From Mycolicibacterium smegmatis (lineage in GTDB: Bacteria; Actinomycetota; Actinomycetes; Mycobacteriales; Mycobacteriaceae): DNA of 32,000 nt. The notes beneath the pieces were generated by a model, which saw nothing but the letters and a program-made list of their open reading frames with translations, did no database searches and was not told where the DNA came from. This document shows, one piece after another, positions 15,880 to 23,891 of this stretch. Each line of letters opens with the position of its first letter. The stretch's first letter is position 1. The translations under genes and the position numbers were made by a program. Location of the stretch: positions 1,230,001 through 1,262,000 of the forward strand of contig NZ_LN831039.1 in assembly GCF_001457595.1 (NCBI RefSeq), given 5' to 3'.

Positions 15880-18404
15880 TGCCAAGGGCTGTAGATCGCT
15901 TCCAGCCGGAAGCTGACTACGACCCCACACGGCCTGGGACTGAGTTCCACATCTCGTTGGTGATGGCCCAGCAGGCGGAGATCTTCCGCCGCATGTGGGA
16001 GCAACTCGCTGAGGGCATCCGCAACACCATCATCGGGTTCATTAAGGAAGTCACCGGGATTGACCTGGAGACTTGGGAACTGTTCCTGATCGGTCTGGCG
16101 AATCAGCTGGGCCTGGATGACATTCAGGCGTGGGTTGCGGGAATTGTCGCAGCGTTCCAGGGGATCGACCTCACTCCGGGCGCGATCCTTGAGCTGATCA
16201 TCTCCCTCGTTGGTGACGCCATCGAGGAGCTGGTGGGGAAGCTGATCAATGGTGGTCAGCTGATTAACGCTTCGAACCTGTTCGGCAATCTGCTGCCCAG
16301 CTTGTTCTCGAACGTGCCGATCAGTGCCTTGACGGATGACCGACCGAACCTGCTGCTGAACCCCGACTTTGAGGGCATGGTGGCGATTACCGGTCAGGGC
16401 ATCTGGGAGTGGGACGCCGACGTGGGTCGGCTTGGTTCCGGCTCCGCCAGGGTGGAGGCCGATGGAACCCTGAAAGCTCTGCGGGCCAACGGTGTGTCAG
16501 TCGTTCCCGGGCAGAAAATGGACCTGGATGTGTTCATCCTGTCTTCGGGTCTGGCCGATCCTGGTGAACTGCTTCGCCTGGAGGTTGTGGAGTTTTTCGA
16601 CGGCGAGGAACTGGGCACGGCTCTGGTGCAGTCGCTGGAGACCCCCACGGACTTGCCGGATGAGTGGACCGGGTACGCGGAGGGCGCGAAGGCTGGCCGC
16701 CTCCAGGGTGTGTACACGGTGCCTTCTGGTGTGGATGAGATCCGCGTCCGCCTCGTGGTCACTTCGAACGCGACCAGCGGCACCATCTGGTGGGACGACG
16801 CCTCCCAGAAGCAGTCCGGTGGTATCCAGATGTCCTGGATCGATGGGTTGTTCGACCTGTTCGATGAGATCTCGGGGCAGTTCACCGAGATCCTGGACGA
16901 CATCATCCCTGGCCTGGGCTCGACCATTCAGGACGCCCTGGACTTCGTTGAGCGGATCGTCGCGACGATCACCGGGGCGTTGGGCGGGCTGATCCCAGAC
17001 AACCCGATTGAGGACCTGTGGAACGTTCTGACGGCGATCCCGTACGCGAACGTCCTCGGTATTGGTGGCCTGGAGAATATCGGGGAGGCTTTGCAGCAGA
17101 CCTGGGAGGGCCTCCTTCAGGGCCTGGGGTCCGTTGTCGAGCCCGGGGTCGGCGGTATCGCGGATCTGATTGATGCGGCTGCGAACCTATTCCAGAACGC
17201 CTTCAACGGCCTGTTCCTCGGGTTGGGCACCTACAACACGATCAGTAATCCGAACACGAAGCCGATCCACAACGGCGTGGACGACGCGATGGAGACAGTG
17301 TTCCCCATCACTCAGTTCTCGGGTGCCGATCCGACGAACGTGGACGCCGAGGAGGACACCTCCCGCATCGGGTTCATCCGCTGCGGCCAGGACACCACGA
17401 AACGGTCCGTCACCTGGTATGGCCGGGGCAACACAAACGTGGACGCGATCCATTGCGTGCTGTGGCGAATGAACACCGCCACAGGTGACCTGGCTCTGAT
17501 TGAGGAGTCCGCAAACCTGGTTGGTGACGTAGGATCAGATTGGGGATGGATCGCATTCAACTTCGATACCCCGGTCCAGGTGCAGGCCGGCGAGGTGTAC
17601 GGCTGCGAGGTCCGGGTTGAGGGCACAGGCGTTCACGAGATCGCCTCGCAGACAATCCCAATGGCACCGTTCCCGGGTATCCGCCCCCAGGGATTGGGGG
17701 CGACGCGGAACTCTGGCGACGGGACAACCCCGTCCACCGTCTCTGATGACGATGTCACCTACACCCAGGATGTTCCTTGGTTTGGGTTCTCCGCCAACGT
17801 AGTTCAGACAGCACCCACTGGTGGTGCGGTGCAGATCCTAAAGTTCGACGTTCCTGGACAGTTCGTGTGGAACTTCCCGGCGTGGATGAAAGAGTTCGAT
17901 GTCATCGCCCTGGGTGGTGGTGGCGGCGGTGCCGGTAGTGCCGGTACTGGCCTGCGTGGCGACGGCGGCACGGCGGGCCACTGGGAGATGCAGACCTTCG
18001 TTCGCAGCGAACTTAGCCCGTCGATCACCCGCCTGACGATCAATGTGGGTCAGGGCGGCCAGGGTGGGGCTGGTACACCGCTCCCGTTGCCTCTGGGCGC
18101 GAATGGTGGCGCTGGTCAGGCCAGCGGTGCCTTTGCGAACAGCATCAGCGTCGTTGGGGACGGTGGCGCTGGCGGCTCTGGTGCCAGTGGTGGCGACTCG
18201 TATCGCGGTGAAGCTGCTGGCAGTGAGGAATACAACGGCAACACCTTCGACGGTGGCGAGATTCAAGATTCGGCCGGCGGTGGCGGCTACGGCCCGGGTG
18301 GTGCTGGCGCTGGTGGTGCGGCACAGGCCTTTTGGGGCCGTCCCGGCGGTAATGGTGCCGCTGGCGCGGTGTGGATCGTGGTTCGACCGGAAGAGACGGA
18401 TTAA
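15879..18404 (+). CDS. Large minor tail protein / putative receptor-binding protein with glycine-rich C-terminal domain
   Basis: 841 aa; internal carbohydrate-binding-like region (LLNPDFEGMVAITGQGIWEWDADVGRLGSGSARVEADGT) and C-terminal ALGGGGGGAGSAGTGLRGDGG...AVWIVV. Confidence 0.75.
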   Translation: MPRAVDRFQPEADYDPTRPGTEFHISLVMAQQAEIFRRMWEQLAEGIRNTIIGFIKEVTGIDLETWELFLIGLANQLGLDDIQAWVAGIVAAFQGIDLTPGAILELIISLVGDAIEELVGKLINGGQLINASNLFGNLLPSLFSNVPISALTDDRPNLLLNPDFEGMVAITGQGIWEWDADVGRLGSGSARVEADGTLKALRANGVSVVPGQKMDLDVFILSSGLADPGELLRLEVVEFFDGEELGTALVQSLETPTDLPDEWTGYAEGAKAGRLQGVYTVPSGVDEIRVRLVVTSNATSGTIWWDDASQKQSGGIQMSWIDGLFDLFDEISGQFTEILDDIIPGLGSTIQDALDFVERIVATITGALGGLIPDNPIEDLWNVLTAIPYANVLGIGGLENIGEALQQTWEGLLQGLGSVVEPGVGGIADLIDAAANLFQNAFNGLFLGLGTYNTISNPNTKPIHNGVDDAMETVFPITQFSGADPTNVDAEEDTSRIGFIRCGQDTTKRSVTWYGRGNTNVDAIHCVLWRMNTATGDLALIEESANLVGDVGSDWGWIAFNFDTPVQVQAGEVYGCEVRVEGTGVHEIASQTIPMAPFPGIRPQGLGATRNSGDGTTPSTVSDDDVTYTQDVPWFGFSANVVQTAPTGGAVQILKFDVPGQFVWNFPAWMKEFDVIALGGGGGGAGSAGTGLRGDGGTAGHWEMQTFVRSELSPSITRLTINVGQGGQGGAGTPLPLPLGANGGAGQASGAFANSISVVGDGGAGGSGASGGDSYRGEAAGSEEYNGNTFDGGEIQDSAGGGGYGPGGAGAGGAAQAFWGRPGGNGAAGAVWIVVRPEETD

Positions 18405-20227
18405 TGGCTGTTACCGGTTGGTGGGCTGAGATCCACAAGACTGCGACCATGGAGGTGTCCCCTCTGGTCGTGGTGGGTGCTGCCGCCTCCCGTGTCCCGG
18501 CTGCTGCTGAAATGTCGGTCGCCCCAACGCTTGAGGTGTTGGGTGCAGAGTTGCACACAGCTTCGGTGGAGATGGCGGTGTCCCCAGTGATGACTGGGAC
18601 ACTGCCTCCCCCGAAGTACGTGGAGCTTTCCGTGTCCCCGTCTATTGGCATTGATGGTGCCGCCCGGTACCCCGGCAACGCTGTTGGGATGACCGCCCCG
18701 GCCTCGGTGACTGCATATGTCTCTGTGCGGTATGCGGTCGAGGTGGACATGTCGGTGTCGCCCTCGGTTGGCGGCGCTTTGCCTGAGCCGGTGCCCGGGG
18801 TGGCGACGATCTCGGTGTCCCCAAGCGTGAGCGCCGAGGCATCAGCGACAACCCCTCGGACGATGCCTGAGTTTGACGCCATCGGAGCTGGGGCGACACG
18901 GACCAACGGCACCACCGGAAGCTGGAACGCATCCTGGAGCCACTCCGCAACGGAGGGTTCCGCCGTCCTTGTCGTGGTTGCAGAGTACGCCCAACTGGGA
19001 ACGCCAAGTGTGACGGCTCAATACGGCGGCGCGAGCATGACAAACCTGGGAAGCCGCTCCTCCCCGGTCTCCAACTTTGTGGTCACACTCTTTGGGATTA
19101 CGGATGTGGATGGCGGCACGAAGACGGTGCAGATCTCGTCCAGTGCCTCCCCAGGGCCGATGCGAACGGGTGCCGCGAACAGCTTCTCCTATATAGGAGT
19201 TGACTCGTTCCGCACTTCCTCGACCGCTAACGGAAACGCGAGTGGTGGTGCGGCGATGCCCATCTCCATTTCTTCGGGTGACGGCGAGATGGCGTTCGTG
19301 GCCTATGGAGTGTTTAACAGCGGCAACGCCTCCGCCCCTTCGGTCACCTCCTTCAATGGAACGCAGCGGTACAGCCAAACCGCCTCCAATAGCAACTCCC
19401 CGGGAAATGCTCAACGACTGTTCGTGGGCGACATGGAATCCGACTCCACTTCGGTTGACATGTCGGCGAATTCGAACAACTACTGGGCCGCTATTGGCGT
19501 GTCGATGATTGGCGTGACCGTTCAGGAGGCTGAACCGGCGTCTGCGACAATAACTGTCACCCCATCGGTTCAGGCGAAGGGCCATTGGGCCACACCTGCA
19601 TCCGTTGAGATGTCGGTGTCGCCTTCGCTCACGATTCATGGGCAGCAGCACCACAACCCCGAAACCACCGTCTTCAGCTCAAGTGGAACCTGGACCGCAC
19701 CGGACTGGTTGCGTGCAGGGATCGACTTCGTTGACGTGATCGCCGTGGGCGGCGGCGGCGGTGGTGGTGGTGCAGGATTCGGCGCAAGCAATGGCGGTCC
19801 CGGCGGAGCGTCGCGGGCGGACTACGAAACCTTGCCAGGCTCCGGGGTGATAAGCAACATTGTCCTCGCTGAGGGCGGCTACCGGGGTGATACCGATACT
19901 GGCGGCGGCGGCGCAGGTATTGGATCAGGCAACCACACCTATCGTGGCGTCCTTTACGAAGGCAGCCCTGAATTCAACTACGACGGAGACGGCATCGTGC
20001 CCGGTGGGGGTGGTGAAGGAGGCAACTTCTTCGGCGCTCACGCAGCAGGCGGCGGTGGCGGTGATTGGGACGATGGAACCATCACCTATTCAGGAACCAG
20101 CATCAGCGTCACGGTCGGTGCCCGAGGGTCACGAGGTGGCGGTATCGCATTGGGCCACTACGGTGCTCGCGGTCAGGTGTGGGTTGTTGCCCGACAGAAA
20201 ACCCTCACACAGCAATTATCAAGTTAA
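18404..20227 (+). CDS. Minor tail protein / second putative adhesin with SVSPS repeats and glycine-rich C-terminus
   Basis: ATG 18404 overlaps the preceding TAA; repeated V-E/D-M-S-V-S-P-S motifs and C-terminal VIAVGGGGGGGGAGFGASNGGPGG...ARGQVWVVA. Confidence 0.72.
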   Translation: MAVTGWWAEIHKTATMEVSPLVVVGAAASRVPAAAEMSVAPTLEVLGAELHTASVEMAVSPVMTGTLPPPKYVELSVSPSIGIDGAARYPGNAVGMTAPASVTAYVSVRYAVEVDMSVSPSVGGALPEPVPGVATISVSPSVSAEASATTPRTMPEFDAIGAGATRTNGTTGSWNASWSHSATEGSAVLVVVAEYAQLGTPSVTAQYGGASMTNLGSRSSPVSNFVVTLFGITDVDGGTKTVQISSSASPGPMRTGAANSFSYIGVDSFRTSSTANGNASGGAAMPISISSGDGEMAFVAYGVFNSGNASAPSVTSFNGTQRYSQTASNSNSPGNAQRLFVGDMESDSTSVDMSANSNNYWAAIGVSMIGVTVQEAEPASATITVTPSVQAKGHWATPASVEMSVSPSLTIHGQQHHNPETTVFSSSGTWTAPDWLRAGIDFVDVIAVGGGGGGGGAGFGASNGGPGGASRADYETLPGSGVISNIVLAEGGYRGDTDTGGGGAGIGSGNHTYRGVLYEGSPEFNYDGDGIVPGGGGEGGNFFGAHAAGGGGGDWDDGTITYSGTSISVTVGARGSRGGGIALGHYGARGQVWVVARQKTLTQQLSS

Positions 20228-20244
20228 GGAACAAGGAACGAAAT

Positions 20245-20580
20245 ATGGCTGTTACCAACGCAACCAAGCTGGCGGCTTGCAACGCTGCTGCTGACCGTGG
20301 CAGCTGGGTCGCGGTGTTCACCAACGCGGCCGGGACCACGGGTGCCAATGAGGCGACCGGCGGCAGCTACGCCCGGAAGCAGACCTCCTGGAGCGACTCG
20401 ACCAACAAGGTCGTGGGCACCGAGGTGAACATTCCGGTCGCGGCTGGCACCTATAAGGAAGCCGGCATCTTCAGCGCCTCGACCAGCGGCACGTTCGTCG
20501 GCTCCGGTCCGTTCGACGGCGGCGACGTGGTCGTGGCCGGTGCGGGTGCGAGCATCGACGTGACCATCACCTGGAGCTGA
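20245..20580 (+). CDS. Small minor tail protein
   Basis: ATG 20245 preceded by AAGGAACG; MAVTNATKLAACNAAADRGSWVAVFTNAAGTTGANEATGGSYARKQTSW, typical of small phage tail-fibre-associated proteins. Confidence 0.65.
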   Translation: MAVTNATKLAACNAAADRGSWVAVFTNAAGTTGANEATGGSYARKQTSWSDSTNKVVGTEVNIPVAAGTYKEAGIFSASTSGTFVGSGPFDGGDVVVAGAGASIDVTITWS

Positions 20581-20581
20581 T

Positions 20582-20833
20582 GTGTTCGGAGTGAGGACCA
20601 AGGGCCGCGTCATCGGCCTGAACGAGGACCTGATGATGGTGCTGTGCAACGTCACCGGGAACGCGGTCGTGACTGCGAGCCGAGTGGATGGGGTATGGAC
20701 CATCAGTAATGATTCGACCAGCCGCACGGCGGACAACCGCCGCGACGCCATCGCCGTGATGGTGGATGTTGCGAAGGGCTTGGATTCGTACTACACCGCC
20801 CAGGTGCAGCCCGGTCTGGCCGATCAGCCGTGA
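20582..20833 (+). CDS. Hypothetical phage protein
   Basis: 83-aa ORF, tightly packed between neighbours, GTG of next gene overlaps its stop. Confidence 0.55.
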   Translation: MFGVRTKGRVIGLNEDLMMVLCNVTGNAVVTASRVDGVWTISNDSTSRTADNRRDAIAVMVDVAKGLDSYYTAQVQPGLADQP

Positions 20834-21153
20834 GCGTCGGAGTTGTGGAGATCATCCTCGCCATCCTGGGTGGCGGCGGGGCCTCCACGCTGATGAACTA
20901 TCTCTTCGGGAAGCGGGGCCGGCGACTGGATGAAGCCCGGATCGCTGCCGAGATCTCCCGGGAACTCCGCGAAGAACTGTCGGAGAAGGCCGAGAAGCAG
21001 ACTGAGACGATTGGCCTGCTGCGGTCCGTAATTATCAGCCTCACAGGGCTTCTGGACGAGATTTTTCCGCGCATTGAGGGGATTACCCCCGAGGAGCGTA
21101 ATCGTCTGCGAGACGCGAATCTGGAGGCCCGTCTAACGGCGCTTCGGGCCTGA
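20830..21153 (+). CDS. Small membrane-anchored protein (holin-like candidate)
   Basis: 107 aa; hydrophobic N-terminus VGVVEIILAILGGGGASTLMNYLFG followed by a charged helical region; a holin role is only a guess. Confidence 0.5.
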   Translation: MSVGVVEIILAILGGGGASTLMNYLFGKRGRRLDEARIAAEISRELREELSEKAEKQTETIGLLRSVIISLTGLLDEIFPRIEGITPEERNRLRDANLEARLTALRA

Positions 21154-21155
21154 TC

Positions 21156-21175
21156 GCGGGCGTCAACGCCCTTTT
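21156..21175 (+). terminator. Candidate rho-independent terminator after the late operon
   Basis: GGGCG TCAA CGCCC TTTT immediately after the last rightward phage gene, at the convergent junction. Confidence 0.6.
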
Positions 21176-21417
21176 GCTCGGTTACGGCGGGCTTTCAAAC
21201 TCTTCAGGGCGAGACGCTGGTAGTAGGCCTTCTTAGCAGACTCCGCTCGCCGTGCCCGCTCGGCGGGGGATAGGCGGCCTTCGGGATCGACCTCTTTCTC
21301 GAACTTCGCCATCATCGCCATCCTGGCTGCATGAGTTCGGGCAGTGCGGTCTTCAGTGTTGGCCCACGACATGTTCGCGGCGATCTTCGCCGCCAGGGAC
21401 TTCTCGCTGTCGCTCAT
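21163..21417 (-). CDS. Small hypothetical protein at prophage edge, opposite strand
   Basis: 84 aa, ATG start, convergent with late operon, AAGGA upstream on minus strand; MSDSEKSLAAKIAANMSWANTEDRTARTHAARMAMMAKFEKEVDPEGRLSPAERARRAESAKKAYYQRLALKSLKARRNRAKGR. Confidence 0.55.
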   Translation of the reverse strand: MSDSEKSLAAKIAANMSWANTEDRTARTHAARMAMMAKFEKEVDPEGRLSPAERARRAESAKKAYYQRLALKSLKARRNRAKGR

Positions 21418-21559
21418 TTTGGTCCTTGCTGGAGCGTGAGGAATATGGGTCGCCAGGACCGTACCCCCGCGTGGCTCGGGCGGGCCGGCGGTTTGGACAC
21501 TCTCGGCTGAACTATTACTTCTTAGGGTCGCCTTGCGCTTGCCCCGTGCCTGTCAGCTG

Positions 21560-21580
21560 TACCGCAGTGATACCGCAGTG
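21560..21580 (+). repeat. Tandem 10-bp direct repeat TACCGCAGTG a TACCGCAGTG
   Basis: Two exact copies (21560-21569, 21571-21580) about 110 bp from the tRNA scar; candidate integrase arm-type site. Confidence 0.6.
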
Positions 21581-21690
21581 CTTTCAGACGGTGCCGTCTC
21601 TTGCAAACGCAACCAACTGGATAACTGCAGGTGAAAGCTGGTAGTTCAACGGTCTACCGATCTCGCCAACGGCAGCAAACGCCCAGAAAA

Positions 21691-21749
21691 ACGGACTGTA
21701 AATCCGTCGGCTTACGCCTACGCAGGTTCGAATCCTGCACCTGCCACCC
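21691..21749 (+). other. tRNA-Tyr(GTA) 3' half, probable attR scar
   Basis: Anticodon arm ACGGA CTGTAAA TCCGT, type II variable arm CGGCTTACGCCTAC, T arm GCAGG TTCGAAT CCTGC, acceptor 3' strand ACCTGCC + A. No D-arm/5' acceptor half at the correct distance. Confidence 0.82.
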
Positions 21750-21753
21750 AGGT

Positions 21754-21780
21754 CAGGCCCCCTTTCGAGGGGGCCTGTTT
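21754..21780 (+). terminator. Rho-independent terminator downstream of tRNA-Tyr 3' end
   Basis: CAGGCCCCC TTTCGA GGGGGCCTG TTT, perfect 9-bp stem. Confidence 0.8.
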
Positions 21781-21835
21781 GGTTTCTGGGGCCCGCGAAT
21801 GTCAGGGTGCTGCCTGGCGCCGGTTCGTGGCCCCG

Positions 21836-22210
21836 TCAGGTAGACGACGGCGAGCGCCCCGCCAAACTGCCGGGCCGCGTTTGGATCTGACGCAGCTTCG
21901 CCGTCGCGGTGTCCAGCAGCAACAACAGGTGCTCCACGCTGGCGTCGTCGTCCGACTCCTCAGCTGCCTTCTCCAGCAGCCACGCCCGCGCCACGGTCGA
22001 GGCAGGCAACCCGCGGCGCCGCGCGATTCTTTCCACGGCCTCGTACTCGTCGGGATTCAACCGCACCTGAAGCACCTTGCTGCGCGCATGACCGGGGCGA
22101 GACACCGGTACGTGTTCAGGCAGTGACTGGTCGTCATCCTCGTCGGGAGCGTTCTCTACTTCCTCCGCGATCGACTCCACGGTGCGTCGCCGTTCGTCAT
22201 CGTTGCTCAC
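21836..22210 (-). CDS. Ribbon-helix-helix (CopG-like) domain protein, orphan
   Basis: GTG start at 22210 after AGGAGGG; SKVLQVRLNPDEYEAVERIARRRGLPASTVARAWLLEKA. Tracked ORF start 22366 appears too early. Confidence 0.65.
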   Translation of the reverse strand: MSNDDERRRTVESIAEEVENAPDEDDDQSLPEHVPVSRPGHARSKVLQVRLNPDEYEAVERIARRRGLPASTVARAWLLEKAAEESDDDASVEHLLLLLDTATAKLRQIQTRPGSLAGRSPSST

Positions 22211-22293
22211 GTCTAACCCTCCTGTTTCTGAGTGTATTGCAATTTGTATTACATGAATCCAGGGTGTAGTCCCGCCACACGTGCCAGGGAATT

Positions 22294-22344
22294 GCTTCGA
22301 AGTCGAAGCAGTTACTCGATAGGTAACTGCTTCGAAATCGAAGC
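22294..22344. promoter_or_regulatory. Long imperfect palindrome, candidate operator
   Basis: GCTTCGAAGTCGAAGCAGTTAC - TCGATAG - GTAACTGCTTCGAAATCGAAGC; 22-nt arms matching at 20/22 positions, ending 20 bp before the oxidoreductase ATG. Confidence 0.7.
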
Positions 22345-22364
22345 GAATCATCGAGGAGGAAGTC

Positions 22365-23309
22365 ATGAAGGCTGTGCGTTACCACCGTTACGGCGGCAGC
22401 GAGGTCCTGCAGTACGAGGACGCCCCCAGGCCGGCGCCGGGCCCGCGGCAGGTGCTCGTGGAGGTCGCCGCGACCTCGTTCAACCCCGTCGACGCCGGCA
22501 TTCGCGGCGGGTACCTGGCCCAGGTCTACGACATCGCTTTCCCGCACACACCAGGAGTGGACGTCGCCGGCACGATCGTGGAACTCGGTGGGGAGGTTCG
22601 GGGATGGGCCGTCGGTGATGCGGTGGTGGCGTTCCTGCCGCTCGACGCCGACGGCGCGGCCGCCGAATTCGCAGTTGTCCCAGTCGAATCCCTGGCGGCG
22701 GCGCCGACGACGGTATCGCTGGCCGACGCGGCCGCGCTGCCCGAAGCCGGCCTGACCGCCTGGCAGTCGTTGTTCGAGATCGCCGGATTGGCCGATGGCC
22801 AGTCGGTGCTGATCAACGGCGCATCCGGGGCGGTCGGCGGGTACGCGGTTCAACTGGCCGCGCAGGCCGGCGCCCACGTCACGGCCACCGCGACCGACCG
22901 TGACGCCGAACGACTGCGCGCACTCGGGGCCCACCGCATCGTCGACTACATCGACTACACGCACGCGCCGATCAGCGTGGAGGGCGCCCCATTCGACGTG
23001 GTGCTCAACCTGATTGCCACCACCGACGACCAGACCGAGTCACTGCTGGCCGTGGTGGCCGACGGGGGTTTCCATGTCGGCACCATGGTCGCGGGGCCAG
23101 ACGACCCCGGACGCGGTATCCGCACTCAACGGGTCTTTGTGCGCAGCGACGCCACCCAACTTGGCGAACTGGTCGAACGGGTCGACGCCGGGGACTTGCG
23201 CATCGAGGTTTTCCAACGCCGCCCCCTCGCAGACACCGCCGCCGTCCATGCCGATTCGGACACCGGACGCCTGCACGGCAAGACCATCCTCATCCCCGGC
23301 CGCAGATGA
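22365..23309 (+). CDS. NADP-dependent quinone oxidoreductase (MDR/zinc-type alcohol dehydrogenase superfamily)
   Basis: 314 aa; MKAVRYHRYGGSEVLQYEDAPRPAPGPRQVLVEVAATSFNPVD and LINGASGAVGGYAVQLA nucleotide-binding motif; AGGAGGA RBS. Confidence 0.9.
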   Translation: MKAVRYHRYGGSEVLQYEDAPRPAPGPRQVLVEVAATSFNPVDAGIRGGYLAQVYDIAFPHTPGVDVAGTIVELGGEVRGWAVGDAVVAFLPLDADGAAAEFAVVPVESLAAAPTTVSLADAAALPEAGLTAWQSLFEIAGLADGQSVLINGASGAVGGYAVQLAAQAGAHVTATATDRDAERLRALGAHRIVDYIDYTHAPISVEGAPFDVVLNLIATTDDQTESLLAVVADGGFHVGTMVAGPDDPGRGIRTQRVFVRSDATQLGELVERVDAGDLRIEVFQRRPLADTAAVHADSDTGRLHGKTILIPGRR

Positions 23310-23320
23310 CCCCGGAATCA

Positions 23321-23830
23321 CTACGGGGCAATGTGTCGCCCACCCGGGACCTCCCGGCGGGCGCGCGTCACCGAGGAACGGGGTGGCCGTGAGCGCATGT
23401 GGTCGCGGGCGGCGGTCATCATGTCACCGAGGGCATCGACGTCGGCGGCGGACAGTCCGTCGAACAACAACTCGCGCACTACCTGTACGTGCCCCGGTAG
23501 GACCGCCGCCACGCGATCACGGCCTTTCCGGGTGATCTCGACGACCATCGCACGTTGATCATCGGTCGATGGGGTGCGCGTGATCAGGCCGGCCTTCTCG
23601 AGAAGGCCGGCCTGATGGGTCAGACCGCTGCGGCTGTACACCACGCCGTCGGCGAGATCGGTCATGGTGAGGCGTCCGGCGTCCGTGAGTTTCGCGAGAA
23701 TCTCGAACTGCACGTAGCTCAGGCCCCCATCCTCGCGAAGTTGGCGCTGAACGGCGAACTGCAGGAGGCTGACTGCTTCAGTGAGCGCGAAATACGCACG
23801 CAGCTCACGTGCGTCGAGAGAAGCCGGCAC
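23321..23830 (-). CDS. MarR-family transcriptional regulator
   Basis: 169 aa; LSYVQFEILAKLTDAGRLTMTDLADGVVYSRSGLTHQAGLLEKAGLITRTPSTDDQRAMVVEITRKG winged-helix. Confidence 0.88.
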   Translation of the reverse strand: MPASLDARELRAYFALTEAVSLLQFAVQRQLREDGGLSYVQFEILAKLTDAGRLTMTDLADGVVYSRSGLTHQAGLLEKAGLITRTPSTDDQRAMVVEITRKGRDRVAAVLPGHVQVVRELLFDGLSAADVDALGDMMTAARDHMRSRPPRSSVTRARREVPGGRHIAP

Positions 23831-23891
23831 GCTGACAGCATATGCTGCGATGTCGAAGCAAGGGGTGTGCGTGCTGCACCGATGGCAGGGA

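Larger units (their letters stand above)
1..21749. mobile_element. Prophage, right-hand part (structural module to attR)
   Basis: Contiguous syntenic head and tail modules of a siphovirus ending at a partial tRNA; left part including integrase/regulators not in window. Confidence 0.88.

Noticed and set aside
21626-21749. Possible complete phage-encoded tRNA using 5' TGCAGGT (21626-21632) paired with 3' ACCTGCC (21739-21745)
   Set aside because: The distance from this 5' segment to the anticodon arm is about 65 nt instead of about 26, U8 is missing, and there is no acceptable D arm. The better explanation is a 3' tRNA half at attR with incidental complementarity.
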